Assembly (NCBI GenBank): GCA_945893085.1
Contig: CAMDEB010000001.1
Span: 1 to 62,704 of the forward strand
Direction of reading: 5' to 3'
DNA: 62,704 nucleotides
DNA from: Rhodoplanes serenus
GTDB lineage: Bacteria > Pseudomonadota > Alphaproteobacteria > Rhizobiales > Xanthobacteraceae
Below, piece by piece: positions 26,772 through 36,254 of the stretch (position 1 is the stretch's first letter; each line of letters opens with the position of its first letter). The translations under genes were made by a program, and so were the position numbers. The notes beneath the pieces are model-generated. The model saw nothing but the letters and a program-made list of their open reading frames with translations. It searched no databases and was not told the DNA's origin.

Positions 26772-28055
26772 ATGCAACTGACCTATTTCGGCAACGCGAT
26801 GATGCTTCTCAAGGGCAAGCACAGCAGCGTGCTCTGCGACCCCTGGGTCAGCTTCGACCGCACGTCGAAAAGCGGCCTGTTCACGTTTCCCGAATTGAAG
26901 CTCACCCGCGACGACGTGAGGGCGCTGAAGCCCAATTTTCTCTACATCACGCACACGCACGAGGATCATTTCGATCCCGCCACACTCGCGCTGTTTCCGA
27001 AGAACCAGCCGATCTTGGTTTCCTGGTATCCGGACAACAATTTCACCGAGCGCAACGTCAAGGCGCTGGGTTTTACCGATGTACGCGTCGCCGATCCCGA
27101 GAAGGGCCTGCCGCTCAACAACGGCGATCATGTCTGGATCGAGCCGAACGGCATCTACGAGGACGTCGATTCGCTGGCCTCGTTTCAGATCGACGGCTGG
27201 AAGATTCTCAACGCCAACGACAATCCCTACGACGAGAACCAGTGTCTCAACTTGAAGAAGCGGTTCGGCCGCTTCGACCTGGCCTGCGTTCCGTTCAGCT
27301 TCCAGGGTCCTTATCCCGCCTTCTATGAGAACCTCTCCCCGGACGAGCGGGCGCAGGAGGCGCGCAAGAAGGGGCTTCGGAACTACGACCAGCTTGCAAG
27401 CTACATCAAGACGCTCGATCCGAAGCTGTTCCTGCCGTTCGCCGCTGGTGCCGTGTATGGCGGCAAGAAGGCGCTGATGTTTCCAGTCTACGGCGTCGGT
27501 ACCGCGCACGAGGCGATCGAATACGTCATGCAGCGCCACACCACGTCGGAACCGGTGATGATTTCCGGATGCGGGATCTACGACCTTGCAGCCAAGAAGG
27601 CTCTCACGCCGTTTGAGCCGGTGCTCTATGACGACCAGATCGAATACCTGCGCGACATCGCCGGCCGGCCTGGTCCGTTCGACCGCGGCAGCCTGTTTCA
27701 CATCGAGGCTTCCGAGCGGATCGATCTGACGCCGCTTCTGGCGCGCGCCCGCGAACGGCAGAAGATGTGGCAGGACCGCAAGGAGGTGAAGTCCGACTCC
27801 GTATTCTTCATCGATTGCGGGCAGGAATGGCTCTATCGCCTTTGCCTCGGCGATCTCACCGTCGTGCGCGTCAAAGAGGCCGAAATCGCCGACGCCGTTT
27901 ACGAAATCTTCCGCATGCCCTACAGCCTGCTGGTCGGCATGCTCACCCGCCACTACAACTATTCGAATGTGAAGACGCAGCACATGATGTTCTTCCGCAA
28001 GCCCAACATCTTCAATCGCGATCTTCACATCCTGATGAGCTTCCTTCAGCTCTGA
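26772..28055 (+). CDS. MBL-fold metalloprotein resembling the catalytic part of CMP-N-acetylneuraminate hydroxylase
   Basis: LTYFGNA, LCDPW, YITHTHEDHFD, DS, ILNAND, GPYP, FLPFAAG. True start is ATG 26772; the track's N-terminal extension overlaps the previous gene. Confidence 0.75.
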   Translation: MQLTYFGNAMMLLKGKHSSVLCDPWVSFDRTSKSGLFTFPELKLTRDDVRALKPNFLYITHTHEDHFDPATLALFPKNQPILVSWYPDNNFTERNVKALGFTDVRVADPEKGLPLNNGDHVWIEPNGIYEDVDSLASFQIDGWKILNANDNPYDENQCLNLKKRFGRFDLACVPFSFQGPYPAFYENLSPDERAQEARKKGLRNYDQLASYIKTLDPKLFLPFAAGAVYGGKKALMFPVYGVGTAHEAIEYVMQRHTTSEPVMISGCGIYDLAAKKALTPFEPVLYDDQIEYLRDIAGRPGPFDRGSLFHIEASERIDLTPLLARARERQKMWQDRKEVKSDSVFFIDCGQEWLYRLCLGDLTVVRVKEAEIADAVYEIFRMPYSLLVGMLTRHYNYSNVKTQHMMFFRKPNIFNRDLHILMSFLQL

Positions 28056-28092
28056 TGCGTTCGCTGCGAACTGGCCGCCTCAGATCGCTCCC

Positions 28093-29850
28093 ATGAAAAG
28101 CACCGCTTCGAAAATCGCTTCTGACAACCTGCGCGTCTTCGCCGTGCTGGTCGAGGTCGCGCGACTCAATCCGATGCGCGTCGTGGGCAGCGTCGCGGCG
28201 CTCGTCGTGGTGGCGCTGCTGGAAGGGATCAGCGTGGTCACGCTGCTTCCGCTCCTGACCGTCGTTCTCGGCAAGAGCGGTCCCGATCAGCACGGCATCA
28301 ACGAGGTTTTCGAAAACGCGATCACATGGACCGGATTCAAGCCGTCGCTGGAGGCGTTCCTGATCCTGCTCGTCGTGGTCGTGCTTCTCAAGACCGCGCT
28401 CAACATGGTCGCGACGCTTCAGATCGCGCGGGCCCAGGCCGACACCATCGCCGATCTAAGGACCCGCCTGCTGCGCGGCTTCCTGAACGCGCGCTGGCAG
28501 TATTTCGTTTCGCAGCCCACCGGCAAGCTTGCCAATGGGCTCGGCTTGGAGGCGCAGCGCGCGGGTGCGCTTTATGCAGAGCTCTGCGACGTGCTGTCCT
28601 CGACGTTCCAGGTGGCGGTCTATGCCGGCGCCGCGGTGCTGGTGTCCTGGCAGGTCACGGCGAGCGCGCTTGCGGTCGGGTTGCTGATGTTTGTTGTCTT
28701 GCATGGCCTGATGAAAAAGGCCCGGCACGCGAGCCAGCAGACCACCGAGGTGATGAGCTCGTTCAACACCCGCCTGATCGACAGCCTGAACGGAATCAAG
28801 CCGCTGAAGGCCATGGGCGTGGTGCGGCGGCTTGAGCCGCTTCTGAATTTCGAGATCGAGGGTTTGCGGGTCGCGACCACGCGCGCGCTGTTCCTGAAGC
28901 AGACGCTGATGGCGGCGCAGGAGGCGGTGCGCATCGTCGCCATCGCCGTGATGATCTACGTCGTCATCCGGTTTGCCGGGCAGCCGATCGAGGCGCTCGC
29001 CGTCATTACCGTGCTGTTCATGCGCACGCTGACGGTGATCGGCGGTTTCCAGAAGGGCTGGTATTCGGTCGCGATCTCGGAGGTGCCCTACGCCCACGTC
29101 AAGACGATGGCATCCACGGCCGAGGCGCAGGAAGAGCACGGCGGCGGCACGCGCATACCGACTCTCGACCGCGGCATCCGCTTCGAGAACGTCAGCTTCA
29201 GCTACGGCGACAGCGACGTGCTGAAGTCCATCGACCTGCATATCCCGGCGGGCCGGTTCACCTGCGTGCTGGGCTCCTCGGGCGCTGGCAAGACAACGCT
29301 GCTCGACCTCGCGATCGGTCTCATTCAGCCGACCGCGGGGCGGTTGCTGCTCGACGACCAGCCGCTTCAGGAAGTTGACCGGGACGCCTGGCGGCACTCG
29401 ATCGGTTACGTGCCGCAGGAGATTTTCCTGTTCCACGACACGTTGCTGTGCAACGTCACGCTCGGCGATCCGGCGCTGACGGCGACGGATGCCGAGCGGG
29501 CCTTGCGCAGCGCCGGCGCATGGGGCTTCGTCGAAAAGCTGCCCGACGGCATAAACACGATCGTCGGCGAAAGGGGCGGGCGCTTGTCCGGCGGCGAGCG
29601 GCAACGCATCTCGATTGCCCGCGCGCTGGTCAGGAATCCGAAGCTGCTGATTCTGGATGAAGCCACCAGCGCGCTGGACATGGTAACCGAGGCCGAAATC
29701 GCCGGACAGTTGCGAATGCTCACGCCCGCCGTGACGCTGCTCGCGATCACCCACCGGCCGACGCTCGTCGACCACGCCGACACAACATTACGCATCGAAA
29801 ACGGGCGGCTCGAGTTGCGGCGCGCCGATCCTCTCGGTGTTGCGATCTGA
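28093..29850 (+). CDS. ABC transporter, fused permease/ATPase (MsbA/PglK-like glycolipid flippase)
   Basis: N-terminal TM domain, GSSGAGKT, GYVPQ, LSGGERQR, LILDEATSALD, ITHR. Confidence 0.93.
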   Translation: MKSTASKIASDNLRVFAVLVEVARLNPMRVVGSVAALVVVALLEGISVVTLLPLLTVVLGKSGPDQHGINEVFENAITWTGFKPSLEAFLILLVVVVLLKTALNMVATLQIARAQADTIADLRTRLLRGFLNARWQYFVSQPTGKLANGLGLEAQRAGALYAELCDVLSSTFQVAVYAGAAVLVSWQVTASALAVGLLMFVVLHGLMKKARHASQQTTEVMSSFNTRLIDSLNGIKPLKAMGVVRRLEPLLNFEIEGLRVATTRALFLKQTLMAAQEAVRIVAIAVMIYVVIRFAGQPIEALAVITVLFMRTLTVIGGFQKGWYSVAISEVPYAHVKTMASTAEAQEEHGGGTRIPTLDRGIRFENVSFSYGDSDVLKSIDLHIPAGRFTCVLGSSGAGKTTLLDLAIGLIQPTAGRLLLDDQPLQEVDRDAWRHSIGYVPQEIFLFHDTLLCNVTLGDPALTATDAERALRSAGAWGFVEKLPDGINTIVGERGGRLSGGERQRISIARALVRNPKLLILDEATSALDMVTEAEIAGQLRMLTPAVTLLAITHRPTLVDHADTTLRIENGRLELRRADPLGVAI

Positions 29851-31271
29851 TGGCGCGGCCAACGCCCAAAGTGCGCCTTGCGGCGATGCTCGGCGAGATC
29901 GTGCCGAGGCTGCTGATCCGGTTGGGCTGTGCGCGACTGGCGGCGCAGCTCTGTGCGCGATCGGTGATCGAGCGTCTGGCGGACGGCAGCAAGGTCAAGG
30001 CGGAAGCCGTCGACGGCTCCAAGCTCGTGGTGTTGGCGCTGACCGCGTTGAAGTTCCGCGGTGATCTCGATGCGCTCGCCGCCAAGCCCGATATCCGGCT
30101 GTTGGAGATGCCGCACGGCTGGCAGATCAGGCTGCTGTTCAGCTTCTATCCTAGGGGCACGAAGTCGAACTTGATCTTCAGGCCGGAGACCAACGCTGTG
30201 GTGGGGCGGTGCCAGGAAAAATACCGCACGTTTCTGCGGGTCTTCCTTCGGGAACTGTACAACCGGTTGAACGTCGCCTGCGTCATCGGCGCCGACGTGC
30301 GCTATCGCGAAGACATCGATATCGGCGTGGTCTCCAAGGAGGTCGGTGTTCCGTATCTGGTGTTCCACCGCGAGTGCATGCTGGCGTCGAAGGAGCTCTA
30401 CGACGCGGTGCGGCGTCGCCATAGCTCATGGGGCCGCTTTCCGGGCTCCGCCGTCATCGTTCACAACGAGGTGTCGCGACGTAATTTCGTGGAATCGGGC
30501 TTCGTGGAGCCCGAACGCGTGGAGGTCCTGGGCTCCGCCCGGATGGACGAGTTCCTAAGGTTGATCCAGACGGCCGGCCGCGATCCCGCGCCCAACGGGC
30601 TGGTGGTTCTGTTCTCCTTTTTCCACCCGATGTTCAAATATCCGCAATCGGTGTTCGCGAAGGCGCATGTGGCGGCCGCCAGAGTGGCGCAGCGCAATCC
30701 AGGCGTGGAGGTCATCGTCAAACCGAAGGTGGAGATCGTCAACAAGTCGACATGGCAGCAATTCTACGATGAGGCGCTGCGCGCGGTAGACATCGATCCG
30801 GCAACGCTGCCGAATCTCAAGGTCATGCCCGCAGCCAACGCCCAATCGCTGATCTTGCACGCCAGCGTCGTATGCGCGATCAACTCGACCACGCTGCTCG
30901 AGGCCGGAGCCGCTGGCGTGCCGGTCGTCGTTCCGTGCTTTACGGAAATCCAGGGCAGCGACTACACCAACCGGGTCAACTTCCGCGATGAGCTGGGGAT
31001 ATTCGACGTGCCGGCCGACGCTGACGAGATGGTCGCGATGATCGAGCGGCGCATCAAGAACACCGTCGTGGACGGGGCGCTGATCGAGTGCCGGCGCGCG
31101 CTGTTCGAAAAGTACGTCACGCCGACGAGCGGCGGCGCGACCGACCGCTATCGCGCCGTGATCCTGAAGCACGTTGCATCCGCCGGCGCCCCGTTCGTGA
31201 TGCGTTCTGCGTTGCATATGCTGCAGGCGCACGGATTGGGCGATCCCGTCGCGACCGCAGGCAGCCAATAG
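29850..31271 (+). CDS. Hypothetical GT-B-like surface carbohydrate biosynthesis protein
   Basis: Coupled to the ABC gene (TGATG). LGSARMD, VIVKPK, NSTTLLEAGAAGVPVV resemble the C-terminal domain of TagF/epimerase-like GT-B proteins. Confidence 0.65.
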   Translation: MARPTPKVRLAAMLGEIVPRLLIRLGCARLAAQLCARSVIERLADGSKVKAEAVDGSKLVVLALTALKFRGDLDALAAKPDIRLLEMPHGWQIRLLFSFYPRGTKSNLIFRPETNAVVGRCQEKYRTFLRVFLRELYNRLNVACVIGADVRYREDIDIGVVSKEVGVPYLVFHRECMLASKELYDAVRRRHSSWGRFPGSAVIVHNEVSRRNFVESGFVEPERVEVLGSARMDEFLRLIQTAGRDPAPNGLVVLFSFFHPMFKYPQSVFAKAHVAAARVAQRNPGVEVIVKPKVEIVNKSTWQQFYDEALRAVDIDPATLPNLKVMPAANAQSLILHASVVCAINSTTLLEAGAAGVPVVVPCFTEIQGSDYTNRVNFRDELGIFDVPADADEMVAMIERRIKNTVVDGALIECRRALFEKYVTPTSGGATDRYRAVILKHVASAGAPFVMRSALHMLQAHGLGDPVATAGSQ

Positions 31272-31304
31272 AGGAGCTGATAGAAGAAAAGTGCGTTCAT
31301 CATC

Positions 31305-32396
31305 ATGAAGACCAAGATTTTCGGCGCAGGCTCCATTGGCAATCATCTCGCGAACGCGTCGCGTACGCTCGGCTGGGCGGTAGACATCTGCGATATCGAT
31401 CCGAAGGCGCTCGAACGGACCAGGCGCGACATCTATCCGGCGCGCTACGGCAAATGGGACGAGGCCATCCGGCTTCTGGAGTCGGACAAGGCGCCGTGCG
31501 GCGGATACGACCTGATCTGTGTCGGCACGCCGCCCGACAGCCACATGAAGCTCGCGCTCGCAGCGGTGGACGAAAAGCCCCGCGCCGTGCTGGTGGAGAA
31601 GCCCGCCTGCACGCCCGACCTCGCGCATGCGCAGGAGCTGTTCGACCGGGCGCGCAGCCAAGGCGTCGCGGTGTTCGTCGGCTACGACCATGTGGTCGGA
31701 GAGGCGGCTGAAACCATGGGCAAGCTGCTTGCAGAAAAAACCGCAGGTGCGCTTGAAACGCTCGATGTCGAGTTCCGCGAGCATTGGGGCGGCATTTTCG
31801 CCGCGCATCCCTGGCTCGACGGGCCGGCCGACTCCTATCTCGGCCACTGGCAGCGCGGCGGAGGCGCCTGCGGCGAGCACTCGCACGCGGCGAACCTCTG
31901 GCAGTATTTCGCGCAGCAGGCGGGAGGCGGGCGCATCGTGGAGGTTGGCGCGACGCTCGACTATGTCAGGCAGGGCAAGTCCGACTACGACCGGCTGTGC
32001 TTCCTCAACGTGCGGACCGAATCCGGCCTGACCGGCCGCGTGGTTCAGGACGTGGTGACGCGGCCAACCCGCAAATGGGGGCGGGCGCAGGGCGCAACCG
32101 GCGCCATCGAATGGATTTGCGGCGCTGAGCCCGGCAAGGATGTGGTCGTCAATGCGCCGGTCTCTGGCACGCCCGGCAATATCGAGGTTCGCAAGACCCG
32201 GCCCGATGATTTCATTCGCGAGTTGCGCCATATCGACGCCGCGCTTGCGGGCGGTTCGCCCGCGAAGTCGCCGATTTCGCTCGAGCGCGGTCTCGAAACC
32301 ATGCTCGTGATCGCTGCCGCGCACCGCTCGGCCCAGACCGGCCGCGTGGTCCGCATCGACTACAACAAGGGTTTCGTGCCCGAAGCGCTGTCCTGA
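31305..32396 (+). CDS. Gfo/Idh/MocA family oxidoreductase
   Basis: GAGSIGNH, GTPPDSH, VEKP, GGGACGEHSH. Confidence 0.9.
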   Translation: MKTKIFGAGSIGNHLANASRTLGWAVDICDIDPKALERTRRDIYPARYGKWDEAIRLLESDKAPCGGYDLICVGTPPDSHMKLALAAVDEKPRAVLVEKPACTPDLAHAQELFDRARSQGVAVFVGYDHVVGEAAETMGKLLAEKTAGALETLDVEFREHWGGIFAAHPWLDGPADSYLGHWQRGGGACGEHSHAANLWQYFAQQAGGGRIVEVGATLDYVRQGKSDYDRLCFLNVRTESGLTGRVVQDVVTRPTRKWGRAQGATGAIEWICGAEPGKDVVVNAPVSGTPGNIEVRKTRPDDFIRELRHIDAALAGGSPAKSPISLERGLETMLVIAAAHRSAQTGRVVRIDYNKGFVPEALS

Positions 32397-32415
32397 GCGC
32401 TCAGCAGGAAAGGCA

Positions 32416-33990
32416 ATGACCGTGACCTCTCCGATCGAAGGCTTCGACTTCCGCGATTTGTTCGTGTTCGACATGGCGAACAACCACCAGGGTAGTGTCG
32501 AACACGGCAAGAGCATCATCAAGGGGTGCGGCGCGGTTGCCGCGAAGCATGGCGTGCGCGCGGCGCTCAAATTCCAGTTCCGTCAGCTCGACAGCTTCAT
32601 CCACCCGGCGAGCAAGAGCGGCAGCACCGCGAAGCACATTCCGCGTTTCCTGCAGACCCGCCTGACGGGGGAGCAGTTCCAGGAGCTTTACGATGCGGTC
32701 CGCGCCGCCGGCATGCTGACAATGTGCACGCCGTTCGACGAGGAATCCGTCGATGTCATCGTCGGGATGAAGTTCGACATCATCAAGATCGCGAGCTGCT
32801 CGGCGCGCGACTGGCCGCTGATCGAGAGGGTCGCGGACTCAGGTCTACCTGTGGTGTTCTCCACCGGCGGCCTCGAAATCGCGGCGGTTGACGATCTCGT
32901 TAGCTACTTCACCCATCGCGGCGTGGAGTTTGCGATCATGCATTGCGTTTCCATCTATCCGACACCGCCCGAACAATGTCATCTCAACCGCATCGATCTG
33001 CTCAAGCGCCGCTATCCGGGTCGCACCATCGGCTGGTCCACCCACGAAGACCCGAACGATCCCGCGCCGGTGCATGTAGCGGTCGGCAAGGGCGCGCGGA
33101 TGTTCGAGCGGCACGTCGGAGTTGCGACGAACGAGATCAAGCTCAACGGCTATTCATCCACGCCCGAGCAACTGGACCGCTGGGTCGGCGCCTACCGGCA
33201 CGCAGTGGCGCTGTGCGGCCCGGAATCGTTCCGGCCGGTAGTTCCGGTCGAGAAGGCTGAGCTTGACTCGCTTCGCCGCGGCGTGTTCGCGAAAAAGTCG
33301 ATCCGCGCCGGCCAGACCATCGGGCGCGATCAGGTCTATTTAGCCATGCCCTATCAGGATGGGCAGCTCGAAAGCGGCAGCTGGACGAGCGGCATCGTTG
33401 CGAAAGCGGATGTCCCGGCCGACGGTGCGATCCGCGCCGACGCGATCACGCTTCCGCCGCAGCCCGAGGGGCACCTCATCAAGTCGGCCGTCCACGACAT
33501 CAAGGCGCTGCTGAACGAGGCCAGCGTGCCGCTCAACAGCCAGTTCCAGGTCGAGTTCTCGCATCACTACGGGATGCAGAATTTCCGCGAGGTCGGCGCG
33601 GTGCTGATCGACTGCGTCAACCGCTCATACTGCAAGAAGATCGTCGTGCAGCTTCCCGGCCAGAAGCATCCATCGCACTTCCACAAGCAAAAGGAAGAAA
33701 CGTTTCAGGTGCTGCATGGCGTGCTGCATCTGCAAGTGGACGGCCACCCGCACACGCTGTACCCGGGGCAGACTATCCTTGTTCAGCCGGGCGTTTGGCA
33801 CAGCTTTTGGACCGACACCGGTTGCGTGTTCGAAGAAATCTCGACCACCGCCATCAACGGCGACTCTTTTTACGCCGACAAGAAGATCAGCCAGATGGAA
33901 CGAGCTGCGCGCAAAACCGTGGTCGATCATTGGGGCCGGTTCCAGATCGCTGCGGGTGCGGGCGATACCGTGCCGGTAGTGGACGAGTAG
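32416..33990 (+). CDS. neuB: NeuB-family synthase 2 fused to SAF and C-terminal cupin domains
   Basis: DMANNHQG, KFQFR, TPFDEES, KIAS, MHCVSIYP, GWSTHE, ERHV. C-terminal cupin HPSHFHKQKEETF...PGVWHSF..EEIST. Confidence 0.9.
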   Translation: MTVTSPIEGFDFRDLFVFDMANNHQGSVEHGKSIIKGCGAVAAKHGVRAALKFQFRQLDSFIHPASKSGSTAKHIPRFLQTRLTGEQFQELYDAVRAAGMLTMCTPFDEESVDVIVGMKFDIIKIASCSARDWPLIERVADSGLPVVFSTGGLEIAAVDDLVSYFTHRGVEFAIMHCVSIYPTPPEQCHLNRIDLLKRRYPGRTIGWSTHEDPNDPAPVHVAVGKGARMFERHVGVATNEIKLNGYSSTPEQLDRWVGAYRHAVALCGPESFRPVVPVEKAELDSLRRGVFAKKSIRAGQTIGRDQVYLAMPYQDGQLESGSWTSGIVAKADVPADGAIRADAITLPPQPEGHLIKSAVHDIKALLNEASVPLNSQFQVEFSHHYGMQNFREVGAVLIDCVNRSYCKKIVVQLPGQKHPSHFHKQKEETFQVLHGVLHLQVDGHPHTLYPGQTILVQPGVWHSFWTDTGCVFEEISTTAINGDSFYADKKISQMERAARKTVVDHWGRFQIAAGAGDTVPVVDE

Positions 33991-34035
33991 TGCGCGGTTT
34001 GTCGCCGGAAGCCTTGGCCGATCGGATATGCGTCT

Positions 34036-34941
34036 GTGAATGAGTCTCGCTCAATCGCCGCGCGCAAGCGTCTGGTGTTTCATGTAGGCATGCCGAAATG
34101 CGGATCGACGTATCTGCAGAAGCTGATCTTTCCGAATCTGCCGGGCGTCGACTATGTCAAGCACGGCGGTCAGTTGGGCGACGGCAGCGTGTCCGATCGG
34201 CTACAAAAGCTTGAAAGCTTCGTCGCTGCGGTATCGAGGGGCACGATCCTGTTTTCCGCCGAGTCCCTGTGCGGCCATCCGGTCAACAAGGCGTCGTATG
34301 GTGATTTTGGCGAATTGCTGCCGAACATCCCGGATGTCTACGATGTCGCGGTGATCGTCGTGGTGCGCCGCCAAGACAGCTTCATCGACTCGATGTACCG
34401 CCACCACATCCGGAAGGGCGGGCGGCTCGACTTCGCAGAGTTTTTTTCACTCACCCGCGAGGAGCAGATCGTTGCGGGCAAGGTGAGCGACGGCTCGATG
34501 CACTATTCCTACTGCGACTACTCGCGCTTCCTCGACTATCCGAGCCGGCGTCCCGGCACTTCGCTGACATTCGTTCCGTTCGAGATCATGCAATCGGACC
34601 TGCCGGCCTTTGTCAGGACCGTCGCGCAGTCGATCGGAGCGACAGGGGAATTCGAGATTCCGGACGTTTTCGTTAACCGCGGGCCGTCCGGACCGGAATT
34701 TGGCGTCCAGAAAAAGCTAAATAAGGTCGTTGCTTCAGGTGGGGGCGCGGGCGCCACGCTTCAGCGCAAGCTGCTGGTCGGCGCATTACAGGCAGCCCGA
34801 GCACTGGCCAAGGTCCACTATGTCCCGATCGACGTGCTGGAGGACGGCAAGCGGCGGCAAATCCTCGACCGCTATCGCGACTCAAACAAAGCCGTCGCGT
34901 CAGTATCGGGGCAGGACCTGAATGCGCTCGGATATTGCTGA
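34036..34941 (+). CDS. PAPS-dependent sulfotransferase family protein 1
   Basis: HVGMPKCGST (5'-PSB loop), SAESL, RRQDSFIDSMY (3'-PB). Confidence 0.8.
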   Translation: MNESRSIAARKRLVFHVGMPKCGSTYLQKLIFPNLPGVDYVKHGGQLGDGSVSDRLQKLESFVAAVSRGTILFSAESLCGHPVNKASYGDFGELLPNIPDVYDVAVIVVVRRQDSFIDSMYRHHIRKGGRLDFAEFFSLTREEQIVAGKVSDGSMHYSYCDYSRFLDYPSRRPGTSLTFVPFEIMQSDLPAFVRTVAQSIGATGEFEIPDVFVNRGPSGPEFGVQKKLNKVVASGGGAGATLQRKLLVGALQAARALAKVHYVPIDVLEDGKRRQILDRYRDSNKAVASVSGQDLNALGYC

Positions 34942-34965
34942 CATGCCGACGGGCGATATCCATCT

Positions 34966-35706
34966 ATGATCGCAGGGAAAACCGTTTTGGCTGTCGTTCC
35001 CGCGCGCGGCGGCAGCAAGGGCATCCCGCTCAAGAACTTGCGCGAGGTCGCGGGCCGGCCGTTGGTCGCGCGGGTGGGCGACGTCATCCGCGAGGTGCCG
35101 TATATCGACCGTGCGGTGGTTTCGACCGACCACGACAGGATTGCGGCCGCTGCCGAGGCCGCAGGCATCGCCGCGCCGTTCCGGCGGCCGGAAGCGATCT
35201 CGGGCGACCGTATCGGCGACATTGACGTGCTGACCGATGCGTTGCAGCAGACCGAACGGATTGATGGGCGGACCTACGACATCATCGTCATGCTCCAACC
35301 GACCTCGCCGCTGCGCCGCGCTGCGGACGTCAACGCCGCAATCGAAAAATTGGTGAGCGAAAAGCTCGACGCAGTTTGGACGGTTTCGGAAACCGACTCC
35401 AAGGGCCATCCGCTTAAGCAGCTCACGGTCGATAGCAACCGGCTTCAACTCTACGACCCGCTCGGCAACGCGATTATCGCGCGCCAGCAACTGACGCCGA
35501 TTTATCATCGCAACGGCGTCGCCTACGCCATGACGCGCGACTGCCTAATGCGGCAGAAGACGCTGATGGGCGAGAAGACCGCTGCCCTCATCGTCACCAC
35601 GCACCAGATCAGCATCGACACCGAGTGGGACATCGCGCTCGCTGAATTTGTGCTGTCCTGGCAAGGGGCAGCGCAGTCGGCATGCTCCGGCAAGAAAACC
35701 GCATGA
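34966..35706 (+). CDS. neuA: Acylneuraminate cytidylyltransferase (NeuA/PseF/LegF family)
   Basis: VPARGGSKGIPLKN, VSTD, PFRRP, LQPTSPLR, NGVAY, IDTEWD. Confidence 0.93.
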   Translation: MIAGKTVLAVVPARGGSKGIPLKNLREVAGRPLVARVGDVIREVPYIDRAVVSTDHDRIAAAAEAAGIAAPFRRPEAISGDRIGDIDVLTDALQQTERIDGRTYDIIVMLQPTSPLRRAADVNAAIEKLVSEKLDAVWTVSETDSKGHPLKQLTVDSNRLQLYDPLGNAIIARQQLTPIYHRNGVAYAMTRDCLMRQKTLMGEKTAALIVTTHQISIDTEWDIALAEFVLSWQGAAQSACSGKKTA

Positions 35707-36254
35707 CCCAGCTCTATCTTGAAGGCGACAAGATCGCGCTGCGCGGTGTGACGCGCGCCGATCTCGATCATGTCCGGCGATTCTGGGACAATGCCGAGGC
35801 GACGCGTTACATGGAGACTGGCTCGCGCCCCGCGACCGAAGTAGCGCTGGAGGCGTTCTACCGGTCCGCGACCGACAATCCGAACGTCGTGATTTTCGGG
35901 GTCGTTGAGCGCGCGACGCAAAAAATTGTCGGCACGTCCGGGCTCTATGAAATATTCTGGCCCGGCCGCCGTGCCGAGTTCCGCATCCTGATCGGCGAGC
36001 CGTCGGTGTTCGACAAGGGCTATGGCACTGAGGCAACGCGCCTCACGGTGGACTACGCCTTCATCCGCCTGAACATGGAGGTCGTGCATCTCGGCGTGAA
36101 CGCGGACAATGTGCGCGCCGTGCGCGCGTACGAGAAGGCGGGCTTCGTGCGCGAAGGCCTGCGGCGCAAGTTCGTTTATGCGCGCGGCAGCTATCACGAC
36201 GCGGTCGTGATGAGCATCCTGCGCGACGAATATTTGAAAGCACGCGGCGCGTGA
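35703..36254 (+). CDS. GNAT N-acetyltransferase (RimL/SpeG-like)
   Basis: AEFRILIGE, KGYGTEA, NVRAVRAYEKAGFVREG. Confidence 0.9.
   Translation: MTQLYLEGDKIALRGVTRADLDHVRRFWDNAEATRYMETGSRPATEVALEAFYRSATDNPNVVIFGVVERATQKIVGTSGLYEIFWPGRRAEFRILIGEPSVFDKGYGTEATRLTVDYAFIRLNMEVVHLGVNADNVRAVRAYEKAGFVREGLRRKFVYARGSYHDAVVMSILRDEYLKARGA

Noticed and set aside
30555-32570. 671-aa antisense ORF, and similar ones at 40462-42135, 37340-38758 and 28456-29775
   Set aside because: Antisense mirrors of well-supported genes, with no recognisable domains.
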